From Octopus bimaculoides (taxonomy: Eukaryota), in NCBI RefSeq assembly GCF_001194135.2, contig NC_068986.1:93910275-93942443 (forward strand): 32,169 bases of DNA, written 5' to 3'. Positions 10,107 to 20,754 of the stretch are shown piece by piece; positions within the stretch are counted from its first letter, which is position 1, and each line of letters begins with the position of its first letter. The notes beneath the pieces were generated by a model. The model saw only the letters and a list, made by a program, of their open reading frames with translations, was not told the DNA's origin and made no database searches. The position numbers and the translations under genes are program-made.

Positions 10107-10449
10107 GTGGAGGCGCAATGGCCCAGTGGTTAGGGCAGCAGACTCGCGGTCATAGGATCGCGGTTTCGATTCCCAAACCGGGCGTTGTGAGTGTTTATTG
10201 AGCGAAAACACCTAAAGCTCCACGAGGCTCCGGCAGGGGATGGTGGCGAACCCTGCTGTACTCTTTCACCACAACTTTCTCTCACTCTTACTTCCTGTTT
10301 CTGTTGTGCCTGTAATTCAAAGGGGCAGCCTTGTCACACTGTGTCACGCTGAATCTCCCCGAGAACTACGTTAAGGGTACACGAGCAGGCCGTTCCGTTG
10401 ATCGGATCGACTGGAACCCTCGACGTCGTAAGCGACGGAGAGCCAACAA
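10107..10449 (+). mobile_element. SINE family A with an internal deletion of about 40 bp
   Basis: Intact head and tail (...gcgacggagagccaacaa); gggtacacg is joined directly to agcaggc. Confidence 0.92.
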
Positions 10450-11074
10450 GAAAAACTAACTTCCTATACGTGGATCTTTGGATCTTACCTTTACGTACAG
10501 GCATATAAGAACATGTATTTCTATAATACACATCCATACACCTGTATTTATATATTTCTGAAGCATACATACTCACATAAACACAGCGAAATTATGTACG
10601 AATGATACAAAGAAATGTGCATTGCTGTATAACACTCTTGCTATATCGGCGTAGGTGGAGGCGACTAGAGAGCTGCTACGGTGTGTAATCGTGTGACTAT
10701 ATGTTCTTGTTCCTTTTGGCATTAATGGTAGTAGTGTTAGTAGTGTTAACTATGGTTGTGGTAGTAGTGGCAGTTTCCTTGGAAGTATCAGTGGTGCAAC
10801 GTTGTTACCGGAACCCTAGCAAGGTCACTCATGATGTATAAGATTTTTATGACTGAGAGAAAATTCTTACACAAAGACTACTTTGTTCATATCGTTGTTT
10901 GCTGAAATTTAGTTTTCATTTTCTTCTACCAATTTCTTCATCGAAAGACATAGAAATTACAGTTTAATTATCATTACCCTGGGAGTATTTAATTTGTAAT
11001 TCTCGAGATTTGCTGTGGAAAAGGGGGAAAATTGTTTTAGAATGAAACTAAGGCTCTATTTCTGTTGTTGTTTT

Positions 11075-11372
11075 TTTTCTTTTACTTGTTTCACTCATTT
11101 GGACTGTAGCAATGCTGAAATATCGCATTGAAGGGTTTAGTTGGTCAAACGGATTCTAGTACATTCTTTTTTTATTCTGGTACTCATTCAATCGGTCAAA
11201 TTTGTCAAATTGCTAGTTTACAAGGATGTTAACAGACCAACAAACCAACACTGATTGTCAAGCCAGTGAGGGGACAAGCACAAACATACACATAATCTCA
11301 CGCGCGCACACACACACACACACACAAACACAAACACACACATAATCTCACGCACACATACACACACAAACA

Positions 11373-11413
<41 letters not shown>

Positions 11414-11615
11414 GCACACACACACTCACGCACACATACATATGCTTATATACGGCGGGCTTCTACGTCGTTTCCAGCTACCAAATTCACTTAAATCAAT
11501 AGTCCGCTTGGGGCCACAGAATAAGACACTTACCAAAAATGCTGCGTAGAGGGACTGAACCCTAGACCAGGGCGTTGCAAAGCGAGCTTCTTAACCATAC
11601 AGACATGTCTAAGCC
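11075..11615 (-). mobile_element. SINE family C, old copy with internal (CA)n
   Basis: cttttacttgtttcactcatttggactg...gattgtcaagc...(CA)n...ctaccaaattcact...aagacacttacc...ggactgaaccc...aaccatacag parallels 19421-19823. Confidence 0.75.
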
Positions 11616-11619
11616 TTTG

Positions 11620-12600
11620 AACAGTAAACAAGGTTGCTTAAATGGTTTCTTTCTGTACTCACCTGTTCGGTGGACGCACAAGTATTTGATAAATTGCTTT
11701 CTTCTCCGCCTCTCTGTCTTTCTTTCGACCTCCTTCATCTCTTCTCTTTTTGTGACATCCTTACAGTGGTCGATGAGCGAAGACCTCAATGCCAAGGGCT
11801 GAATATGTATCAGTGATTTCTTGTTGTCTTCTTCCGGTTTATTTACTTTATAAGTATCCAGCTCTTCTCAGCTTATCTTTAAAGTGCCATGCCTATTTAA
11901 CCCTCAGGCAGTAGAAGGGACAAAATCATATGACATCAGGACATGTTTCTACATTTGTAGGTTTATGTAATCCATATCTAGGGACCATCCCTCTTCTGAG
12001 TCCTGTATGCCTTAGCCACGTAAGCGTCGCCTGCTATTAGACCCATAATTGGGACCTTGACAGTTACTGTCACCGCGAATCAGAGAGGACCGGGACATTG
12101 TGATAACTAAGGAGTAACTCTGTACACCACAAAACCTGAACTCCCGAGTTGGAGTCTCACCAGAGAACTGCTTCATGTGATATCAAAGCATGTCCACACG
12201 TTGCGTGACACACATCTAGGAGCCAGCTGGCTTCCAAGACTTAGATACCTTACCCACAGAACCATCATCTGTTAAGAAATCCGTAAAGGAGTCCCTTAAT
12301 GCCAGAGAAAACCCGAGCTTCTGGTGAACGAAGGTAACTCTGTACTCTCTAAAACTCAGAAATTCCTGAGCTGGAACCTCACAACAGGATAGACTTTTAT
12401 GTCATTCCAGGTGCAAGTGATGCCACCATACCTGATACCGCTACCTATATTGCAGAGTATACAATAGGTTATATAAAATATCAACTCGCATATGAAGCGC
12501 AACCGTAGACAGTTCACATTCTGTTTCTGTTCAAAAGGTCTTGGTTTCATCCATTGAACCGTACATAAAATTTTTACCTGAGATAGCATCTGTTATGGGC
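11620..12600 (-). mobile_element. Possible heavily decayed LINE (RTE-like) coding relic
   Basis: Only loose motif echoes on the minus strand (IRYGGITCTW, CGHAL...VLW, HFKDKL, ERRRRKQ..YLC) with many stops and irregular spacing; identity uncertain. Confidence 0.25.
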
Positions 12601-12761
12601 TTGCAGTGTTAAAAGCATAATTCTCAGAAATAGATGAAATTACATCCCAGCAGCAACCAATGAGAGCGCTGTATGCATTTCCACCTTTTGCGGCCTTTCA
12701 AACTATGGCACATACTCGCAGCCAGCTTCATACTTGTACGAAAATTCGTCGTCTCTGATTT

Positions 12762-12969
12762 AAGGCGGTGGATTGGTAAAGTAATTAGAGCATCAGACAA
12801 ATTAATTTTCTGATATTCTGTATAAGTTTCGAGTTCAAATTCCGCAGTGATCAATTTTATTTTTCAATTTCGAAATCCGACAAAATAAAGTACCAGCATT
12901 TCTCTGGTAATTATAGAATACGCATCTATTACCACAAGCAATTTGCGGCCTTGGGCTAAACTTGGAAAT
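12762..12969 (+). mobile_element. SINE family D, old degenerate copy
   Basis: aaggcggtggattgg...gagttcaaattccgc...aaagtaccag...gcggccttgggctaaacttggaaat. Confidence 0.65.
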
Positions 12970-12970
12970 T

Positions 12971-13173
12971 ATTTCAAATTTTGGCACAAGGCCAGCAATT
13001 TCGAAGGAGAGGGCTAGTTAGTTACATCAATCCCACTGCTCAATGAATAATTATTTTCTCAACCTCGAAAAGGTAAAAGGCGGTGTCGACCTTGGCGGAA
13101 TTTGAACTCAGAGCGTAAGATGTTCAGCATTCTGTCCGGCGTGCAAACAACGAATCACCCTGCTCGCCGCCTT
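12971..13173 (-). mobile_element. SINE family D
   Basis: atttcaaattttggcacaaggccagcaattt...gtcgaccttggcggaatttgaactcag...ctcgccgcctt. Confidence 0.8.
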
Positions 13174-13434
13174 CATAGTTCGAAATTATTAAACATGATA
13201 GATAGTGGGTCATTAGTAGATCAGCATATAACAATACAGTAAGGATCTCACATACGTAATAAAAGGAATTGAAATGCTACAGTTAATTAATATTATCTAA
13301 GCATTAAGTAAACATAAAAACTCCCACGTGTAGCTTAAAGCGAAAACACCCATTTAGGAAATTCCTGTTTACTCAGTTCAACGCTGTTTGTTAATTCATC
13401 ATATTACTCATGTAGAATTCTATTCATTAATTTA

Positions 13435-13638
13435 CGAGAGAGTGCTGAAAAGTTCATTGCTTGGCTAAAATAGAACATATTGAAGGATAAGTTATGATTT
13501 TATTCAACATATTCCTCTCTCAGATTCACACACTTATTGGAGTTTTTCAAAGCCCTGTAAAAGAACTCGGAAGCTTGGGCCGCCAACCAGGCCCTTCGCG
13601 ATACCCTTAAAGCCAGGAAATTCTTCAGCAACCCTTCG
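13435..13638. mobile_element. Mariner/Tc1-type MITE, copy 1
   Basis: TA at 13433-13434 and 13639-13640; imperfect TIRs of about 28 bp (cgagagagtgctgaaaagttcattgctt / aaagccaggaaattcttcagcaacccttcg); no ORF. Confidence 0.8.
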
Positions 13639-13871
13639 TATCTAGAAAGGCTCCTTTACGTATTTTCATAGATCCATATTGTGAACAAAAATACATTTTT
13701 TAAATTCTTTACGTACGTCACTTCCGTACACGATTTTGCAATTGTTTATTTTAATTCATTTGTTTTCATGTTTATATGTTGTGCTTTCGAGTTTTGTACA
13801 TATATACGTATGTATTCATGTTTGTACTCACAGACGTATGTGTGTGTGTGTGTGTGTGGTTTATATATATA

Positions 13872-14037
13872 TGGCTGTGTGGTAAATAGCTTACTTACCA
13901 ACCACATGGTTGCAGGTTCAGTTCCACTGCGTGGCACCTTGGGCAAGTGTCTTCTAATATAGCCTCGGGTCGACCAAAGCCTTGTGAGTGGATTTGGTAG
14001 ATGGAAACTGAAAGGAGCGCGTCGTATATATATAAAG

Positions 14038-14071
<34 letters not shown>

Positions 14072-14300
14072 CTGTGTTTGTGTGTGTGTGTGTGTGTTTG
14101 TGTGTTTGTGTTTGTCCCCCCACCATCGCTTGACAAACGATACTGGTGTATTTACGTCCCCCGTAACTTAGCGGTTCGGCAAGATAGACCGATAGAATAA
14201 GTACTAGGCTTACAAAGAATAAGTCCAGGAATCGATTTGTTCAACAAAAGCGGTGCTCCAGCATGATCGCAGTCAATTAAGTGAAACAAATAAAAGAATA
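13872..14300 (+). mobile_element. SINE family C (CORE-like central motif) with internal TA/TG microsatellite
   Basis: tggctgtgtggtaa (A box)...ggttcagttcc (B box), ccttgggcaagtgtctt (resembles the start of the CORE domain), (TG)n insert 14043-14110, tail gtgctccagcatgatcgcagtc...aaataaaagaata. Confidence 0.9.
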
Positions 14301-14325
14301 TATATATATATATANNNNNNNNNNN

Positions 14326-15207
14326 CAGGGTGCGGTGAATAAACTATCGTCTAAATTACACAAAAATCAAATTAACATTGACATCTCATTTCAAGATATA
14401 TTTACCCCAAAGCTACATAAAAATATCTTGAAATACTAAAGAGTAAATTTATTCAATAAAATCGCTATTGGCTTCAACCACGGCATCCAGATGACTTTGA
14501 AATCTCCTACAACTCTTCTGGATGGTCTCCTTGTTTAAGTTGGTGAATGCTGCTATAATCCTTGCCTTCAGTTCATCTTTGGTGTTACAAGGAATTTTGT
14601 TGATTTCTCGCTCAACTGCACACCACACATAATAATCAAATGTGTTGCAGTCTGGGGAGTTAGGTGGCCAGATATTAGGGGTGATGTGGTCGCAGAAATT
14701 GTGTGATAGAGATTACTGGGTTCTCCTGCTTGCTTGGCATGGGGAAGAGTTCTATTACCAGACATAGGCTCTTTCAGCAGTCACCCTCTTGACCCAGGGC
14801 AGCACTACCTCCTCCAGGCACTTGATGTAGGCCTCAATGTTTAGCGTGAGACCGTGTGGGAAGATGAACGGAGGCATAACATCGCCATCACTAATGATCA
14901 CTCCAAACACCATGATATTGACTGGATGTTTGATTTTTATCAAACTCAGTACATGTCCTCAGATTGACACCTAAACACCCTGAAATGTTTGTATTGGAGC
15001 TTCTGGCACAAATGCCAAGCAGTACAGCATGTCGTTTACAAATTTTTGGCAGAGTGAATTGCGTTATGTTGTTGTTTTTCTCACAGCATAATAGGGTCAG
15101 TGCCCAACTGACCCTACTATGCTGTGTAGTTGACAAAATCCAAAACAAACAATGTGCATGCGCAAAATTAAAATGCAAAATGGTGACAATTTACCCATAG
15201 CGCCCTG
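14326..15207 (-). mobile_element. Internally deleted Tc1/mariner element, DD37D (maT) family
   Basis: Imperfect TIRs cagggtgcggtgaataaactatcg (14326) and ggtgacaatttacccatagcgccctg (to 15207); TA at 15208 on the right, while the left flank is a gap preceded by (TA)n; transposase relic inside. Confidence 0.88.
14449..14943 (-). pseudogene. DD37D transposase C-terminal relic
   Basis: One frame reads KHPVNIMVFGVIISDGDVMPPFIFPHG...YIKCLEEVVLPWV...YVW**NSSPCQASRRTQ*SLSHNFCDHITPNIWPPNSPDCNTFDYYVW...EANSDFIE*. There are exactly 37 codons between the second catalytic position (now N, from the QQD motif) and the third D. Confidence 0.88.
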
Positions 15208-15860
<653 letters not shown>

Positions 15861-16088
15861 AATGTATGCGAGTCTCTAACGAAACAGCGAGGGACCAAGT
15901 GCTGTCAAAATAACAGTGTGGTTAACATGTTTGTTTCTGCTATTTCTGCTAGACTTTCTTTTTAACCTCTACCTTACAATTTACCGTCAGTTAATTGTAC
16001 CTTTCTAGCTCTACCTCTATATATACTAACTTGCCCTATTCACCTTCACTGCTTTTCACACACATTACACACCTCTACACTCTTACAC

Positions 16089-16119
<31 letters not shown>

Positions 16120-16635
16120 NNNNNNNNNNNNNNNNNNNNNNNNNNNNNNNNNNNNNNNNNNNNNNNNNNNNNNNNNNNNNNNNNNNNNNNNNNNNNNNNN
16201 NNNNNNNNNNNNNNNNNNNNNNNNNNNNNNNNNNNNNNNNNNNNNNNNNNNNNNNNNNNNNNNNNNNNNNNNNNNNNNNNNNNNNNNNNNNNNNNNNNNN
16301 NNNNNNNNNNNNNNNNNNNNNNNNNNNNNNNNNNNNNNNNNNNNNNNNNNNNNNNNNNNNNNNNNNNNNNNNNNNNNNNNNNNNNNNNNNNNNNNNNNNN
16401 NNNNNNNNNNNNNNNNNNNNNNNNNNNNNNNNNNNNNNNNNNNNNNNNNNNNNNNNNNNNNNNNNNNNNNNNNNNNNNNNNNNNNNNNNNNNNNNNNNNN
16501 NNNNNNNNNNNNNNNNNNNNNNNNNNNNNNNNNNNNNNNNNNNNNNNNNNNNNNNNNNNNNNNNNNNNNNNNNNNNNNNNNNNNNNNNNNNNNNNNNNNN
16601 NNNNNNNNNNNNNNNNNNATATATATACATATATA

Positions 16636-16758
16636 TACGACAGGCTTCTTTCAGTTTCCGTCTACCAAATCCACTCACAAGGCTTTGGTCGGCCCGAGGC
16701 TATAGTAGAAGACATTTGCCCAAGGTGCCACGCAGCGGGACTGAACCCAGAACCGTGT
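16636..16758 (-). mobile_element. SINE family C, 5'/central part (3' part lost in gap)
   Basis: ggcttctttcagtttccgtctaccaaatccactcacaaggctttggtcggcccgaggctatagtagaagacatttgcccaaggtgccacgcagcgggactgaaccc. Confidence 0.9.
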
Positions 16759-16764
16759 GTGCTT

Positions 16765-17075
16765 TTCCAGTTTTCTTTCTTTTTCTTCATTTTGTTCTTT
16801 CTCCTTTTCCTAATTCCCCTATTCTCTTCTATCCTCCATTTTTCTTTTCCCATATTTTGTTCTTTCGATCATCCTTTCTGTTCTTTTTCTTTCTCTTTTC
16901 ATCTATTTTTTTTTTTTTCACTTTCCTTCCGTTTTTCTTACATTTCTTCTCTCTTCAGTTTACTTGTTTATTTATCAACATCTCTGTTTCCTTCTTCCTT
17001 TCTTTCTTTTTTTCTTCTTTTTTTCCCTCCCTGTCTCTTTCCTCTTTCCTCTCTTTCCTGTTTCTCTTTTCTGTC
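16765..17075. repeat. Polypyrimidine (CT/T-rich) low-complexity tract
   Basis: Almost purine-free on the plus strand; source of the Phe/Ser/Leu ORFs. Confidence 0.9.
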
Positions 17076-17143
17076 TTACGATCTTATATCCTTGAATTTT
17101 GTTATTATTAATATTATATATATTCTTCAAAAGCCATTATAAT

Positions 17144-17533
17144 CTTTTCTACTCTATGCACAAGGCCCGAAATTTTGGGGGAGGGGGGGCAGTCGATTAG
17201 ATCGAGCCCAGTACGCAACTGGTACTTAATTTATCGACCCCCGAAAGGATGAAAGGCAAAGTCAACCTCGGCGGAATTTGAGCTCAGAAAGTAAAGACAG
17301 ACGAAATACCTATTTCTTTACTGCCCACAAGGGGCTACACACAGAGGGGACAGACAAACGGATTAAGTCGATTATATCGACCCCAGTGCGTAACTGGTAC
17401 TTAATTTATCGACCCTGAAAGGATGAAAGACAAAGTCGAACTCGGCGGAATTTGAACTCAGAACGCAGTGGCAGACGAAATACCGCTAAGCATTTCGCCC
17501 GGCGTGCTAACGATTCTACCAGCTTACCGCCTC
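17144..17533 (-). mobile_element. Dimeric SINE family D element with a 17-bp TSD
   Basis: On the minus strand a full D unit with an alternative tail (...gtgggcagtaaagaaatagg) is fused to a second D unit lacking its head. Flanks tcaaaagccattataat (17127-17143) and tcaaaagcctttataat (17534-17550) differ at one base. Confidence 0.88.
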
Positions 17534-17719
17534 TCAAAAGCCTTTATAATGAAAACGAACATTTAAATATTGGAATGAAGACAAAAGTAACGAAGACAAA
17601 TTAACTTTTTGCACCTTAAATTATATTTCTACCCTCAGATTAGTAGCGCTTCGTCGTGATAAAATAGAGAAGAGTTCAAGTTCTTATCATTGTTCATATA
17701 TAACAAAATAGTATTGTTA

Positions 17720-18030
17720 AAATAATCATTGGACCTCATGTAAATCTCTTATGTTTTTGACAGATGGCATCAGTTTACGAATAAGAACGGTTTCTTTGGT
17801 CCTCAAATTGCAGTTGTTATATGACTGTGCATTGTTAAAAAGTAGTAAAGTCCGGCATGTTGGCGCATCTTCAAATGGCTTTTGAATGCTGTGCTCGTTT
17901 GCTTGTTTTCCTTGGTCCGGATACATAGCTTTCTGCTGGTAATTCCGATACAGAAACCATCATATTTACCACAGATCAACTGATGCATGGTTTAGGCTCT
18001 CGATTACGTCTTCATATTGTAGATATGTCA
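17720..18030 (-). mobile_element. Penelope-like element relic, GIY-YIG endonuclease region
   Basis: HQLICGKYDGFCIGITSRKLCIRTKENKQTSTAFKSHL, then after a frameshift NNCNLRTKETVLIRKLMPSV. This matches the PLE pattern (VY.I.C..C...YIG.T.R.L..R..EH...SA...H; L...E...I....P.LN). Confidence 0.7.
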
Positions 18031-18489
18031 GTTTGTCATAGTGCTCACCGCGCTGCTATTTACTGGCCAATTTCCGGGAAGGAATTTCAAGGAGGGACTG
18101 GAGTGTACCATTTGAGTGTTCAAATCTCCACAAGTCTGCACGTACACGCATAAGCACATGCGTGTATGCAAACGCACACACACAAACACGTGTATATATA
18201 TATATATATATATNNNNNNNNNNNNNNNNNNNNNNNNNNNNNNNNNNNNNNNNNNNNNNNNNNNNNNNNNNNNNNNNNNNNNNNNNNNNNNNNNNNNNNN
18301 NNNNNNNNNNNNNNNNNNNNNNNNNNNNNNNNNNNNNNNNNNNNNNNNNNNNNNNNNNNNNNNNNNNNNNNNNNNNNNNNNNNNNNNNNNNNNNNNNNNN
18401 NNNNNNNNNNNNNNNNNNNNNNNTGTGTGTGTGTGTGTAAAATTTTATAAAAATGCAACTAAAATATAAGAGTTGTTTTTATTATTATT

Positions 18490-18870
18490 ATTCAAGTCAC
18501 TGCCTGGAATCAAACTCGGGGTTAGTAGCCCACGCTCTTAACCACTACGCCATATGCCCGTGGGCAATTATGGAGTGAATATTTGGGCTTATAAATCTAA
18601 TATTTTCCTATCCTTCCTTAATACCGGTTCCCATATGGTAATCATATCTGCACTCGGTCTGCTTAGGAAGTGGTTGTGTCCTAGCATATGTGCTGCTTCT
18701 TAAATATAGAACCGTATTAACTAATTTGTTGTATATCAATCAACTGTTATTAAGTGTGGTACGATTAAGAAAGAAGCACTTAGCTGTTGCTTGGATAAGT
18801 CAACTGTATTGTACCACAGTGTGGTCACTTGGATTGGCTGAAGACACTCGGGTTCAGTAAGAAAAACTAA
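18490..18870 (-). mobile_element. Penelope-like element 3' fragment with a tRNA-like segment
   Basis: Minus frame LIRFYI*EAAHMLGHNHFLSRPSADMITIWEPVLRK resembles the PLE C-terminus (KEA..I...S.PS...W.P.L). Downstream is gggcatatggcgtagtggttaagagcgtgggctactaaccccgagtttgattccaggcagtgacttga(ata)n. Confidence 0.6.
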
Positions 18871-18901
18871 CAGTTTTCATATAAAAGCTATGACACTATA
18901 G

Positions 18902-19274
18902 CAGAGGTTCTCAAACTTTTTGGGCCACCGCACCCCTCATGGCCAAATAACAGCCCACCCCTATTTTTATGTATTTTTTTTGATGTTTCAGCTTTAAAGC
19001 TGCGGTCATGCTGGAGCACCACCGTTGGACGTATAAATATTTTATATTTTACTAATTTATATATACAATGAATAATTTGATATTTAGTATAATATAATAT
19101 AATTTGTATACAATACTATAATAATATTCTAATAAATTCATAGCGGCCCCCAATTCATTGCTTTCCTCTCAACGCCTCCTTTTTTCTCTACCGCCCCACC
19201 CCACCAGCGCCCAACTGGACCGTCTCAACACCCACTGGAGGGGGGGGGAGTAGCGCCCACTTTGAGAACCTATG
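18902..19274. mobile_element. hAT (Charlie-like) MITE
   Basis: TIRs cagaggttctcaaa / tttgagaacctatg; 8-bp TSD cactatag (18894-18901) and gactatag (19275-19282). An 8-bp TSD with CA.(T/A)GGTTCTCAAA-type ends is the established hAT-Charlie pattern. Confidence 0.85.
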
Positions 19275-19420
19275 GACTATAGGGGCCAAAATGTAGAAAT
19301 GATTCACTGAGAAATGTGATAATTCACAGAGGGATATTTCAAGATCTGTCCTTTGTTCTCTCCATTATTTTTTGCGATTGTGTTAATCCTCCGATAAGCT
19401 TATTGAAAAAAAAATCATAC

Positions 19421-19823
19421 CTTTTCTTTTACTTGTTTCAGTCATTTGACTGCGGCCATGGTGGAGCACCACCTTTAGTCGAGCAAATCGACTCTGGGAC
19501 TTATTCTTTGTAAGCCTAGTATTTAATCTATCGGTCTCTTTTGCCGAACCACTAAGTGACGGGGACGCAAACACACCCGCATCGGTTGTCAAGCAATGCT
19601 AGGGGGACAAACACAGACACACAAACACACACACACACATATATATATATACATATATACGACGAGCTTCTTTCAGTTTCCGTCTACCAAATCCACTCAC
19701 AAGGCTTTGGTCGGCCCGAGGCTATAGTAGAAGACACTTGCCCAAGATGCCACGCAGTGGAACTGAACCCGGAACCATGTGGTTGGTAAGCAAGCTACTT
19801 ACCACACAGCCACTCCTACGCCT
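19421..19823 (-). mobile_element. SINE family C, full length
   Basis: Minus: aggcgtaggagtggctgtgtggtaagtagcttgcttaccaaccacatggttccgggttcagttcc...ttgggcaagtgtcttc...(TA/TG)n...tgctccaccatggccgcagtcaaatgactgaaacaagtaaaagaaaag. Confidence 0.92.
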
Positions 19824-19826
19824 ATT

Positions 19827-19925
19827 AAAGGCAAAGTCGATCTCAGCGGAATTTGAACTCAGAACATAAAGACAGACCACTAAGCATTTCACTCAGCGTG
19901 CTAACGTTTCTGCCAGCTTGCCTGT
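19827..19925 (-). mobile_element. SINE family D, 5' half
   Basis: aaaggcaaagtcgatctcagcggaatttgaactcagaac...gtgctaacgtttctgccagct. Confidence 0.8.
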
Positions 19926-20204
19926 CTATGAGTTTACCAAGACGTGGGCAAAAATAAATCACCTCCTATAAAAATAATAAATAAAATAACATGGAGCTGA
20001 GCAGCAACAAAAACGATAACCATTACGTTGAAGGCGTCTCTACTTGTTCCCTAAGCCTAGATGAAATAGCAACAATATCCCTTATAAAGCAAGCCCTGCT
20101 GGTTTTAAAATGAATGGATGCATTGGAACAATGTAGTCATAGCTACCACATTCTCTCTCTGTCTCTCTGTTTGTCTCTCAAGCTCACTATCTCTCTCTCA
20201 ATCT

Positions 20205-20250
20205 CTCCGTCTCTAATGAAGGGTCTATCCCCGAAACGTTAACATTTTCT
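20205..20250 (+). other. Degenerate minimal hammerhead-ribozyme-like motif of the Penelope type
   Basis: ctaatga-agggtctatcccc-gaaacgtt. One substitution from CTGATGA...GAAAC with a GGG/CCC stem II; stems I and III are not convincingly intact. Confidence 0.35.
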
Positions 20251-20754
20251 TCTCCCTCACGACCGTGGCTATTTTATACTCCGTTACAATTTATCAGCAT
20301 CTGACCCTTAGCGATTTCTTGAGATTTCATTATTTCACTCTGATACACTGTCATGGTAGCCACGACTGGAACGCTTTTACTTGCAGATTTACCTCATCCA
20401 GATGTGCTAACCAATAACAACAGCTACACAGACAATAAGGTAACAAAAGATTAGTGACACACACATCGAGCAGAATACAATACAGTACAGACCAAAAATA
20501 TTTTGTTTTAACTTTATTTCTTAATTAATTTATTCATTATATGTATTTTATTTTATCTGTTGTTTGTGAGGGTGAGAGGGGAAGGTGGGAGTATACAGAT
20601 TGATGGCAGAATTAGAAGACGGCCGCACTAGATTCATCGGTTCCACGACCTGACCTTAACAAGGTCACTAAACACAGCCACTACCTCACACTGACCACAT
20701 ACATCACACTGTTAACTATTCTACTCTCCCTCTCGTCACCACCACCCTACGTCA

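Noticed and set aside
12061-12480. Plus-strand echoes of Gypsy RT/RNase H (SPENC, PTEPSSVK, FYVIPGASD)
   Set aside because: Spacing is wrong, there are multiple stops, no LTRs, and a competing minus-strand LINE reading is at least as good; likely over-reading.
13714-13726. ETS-CRE composite motif tacgtcacttccg
   Set aside because: A single 13-mer between repeats with no promoter context.
20385-20440. Possible 31-nt minus-strand exon (ag|CTGTT...GATGAG|gtaaat)
   Set aside because: Moderate signals, two of three frames closed and no supporting neighbours; chance level.
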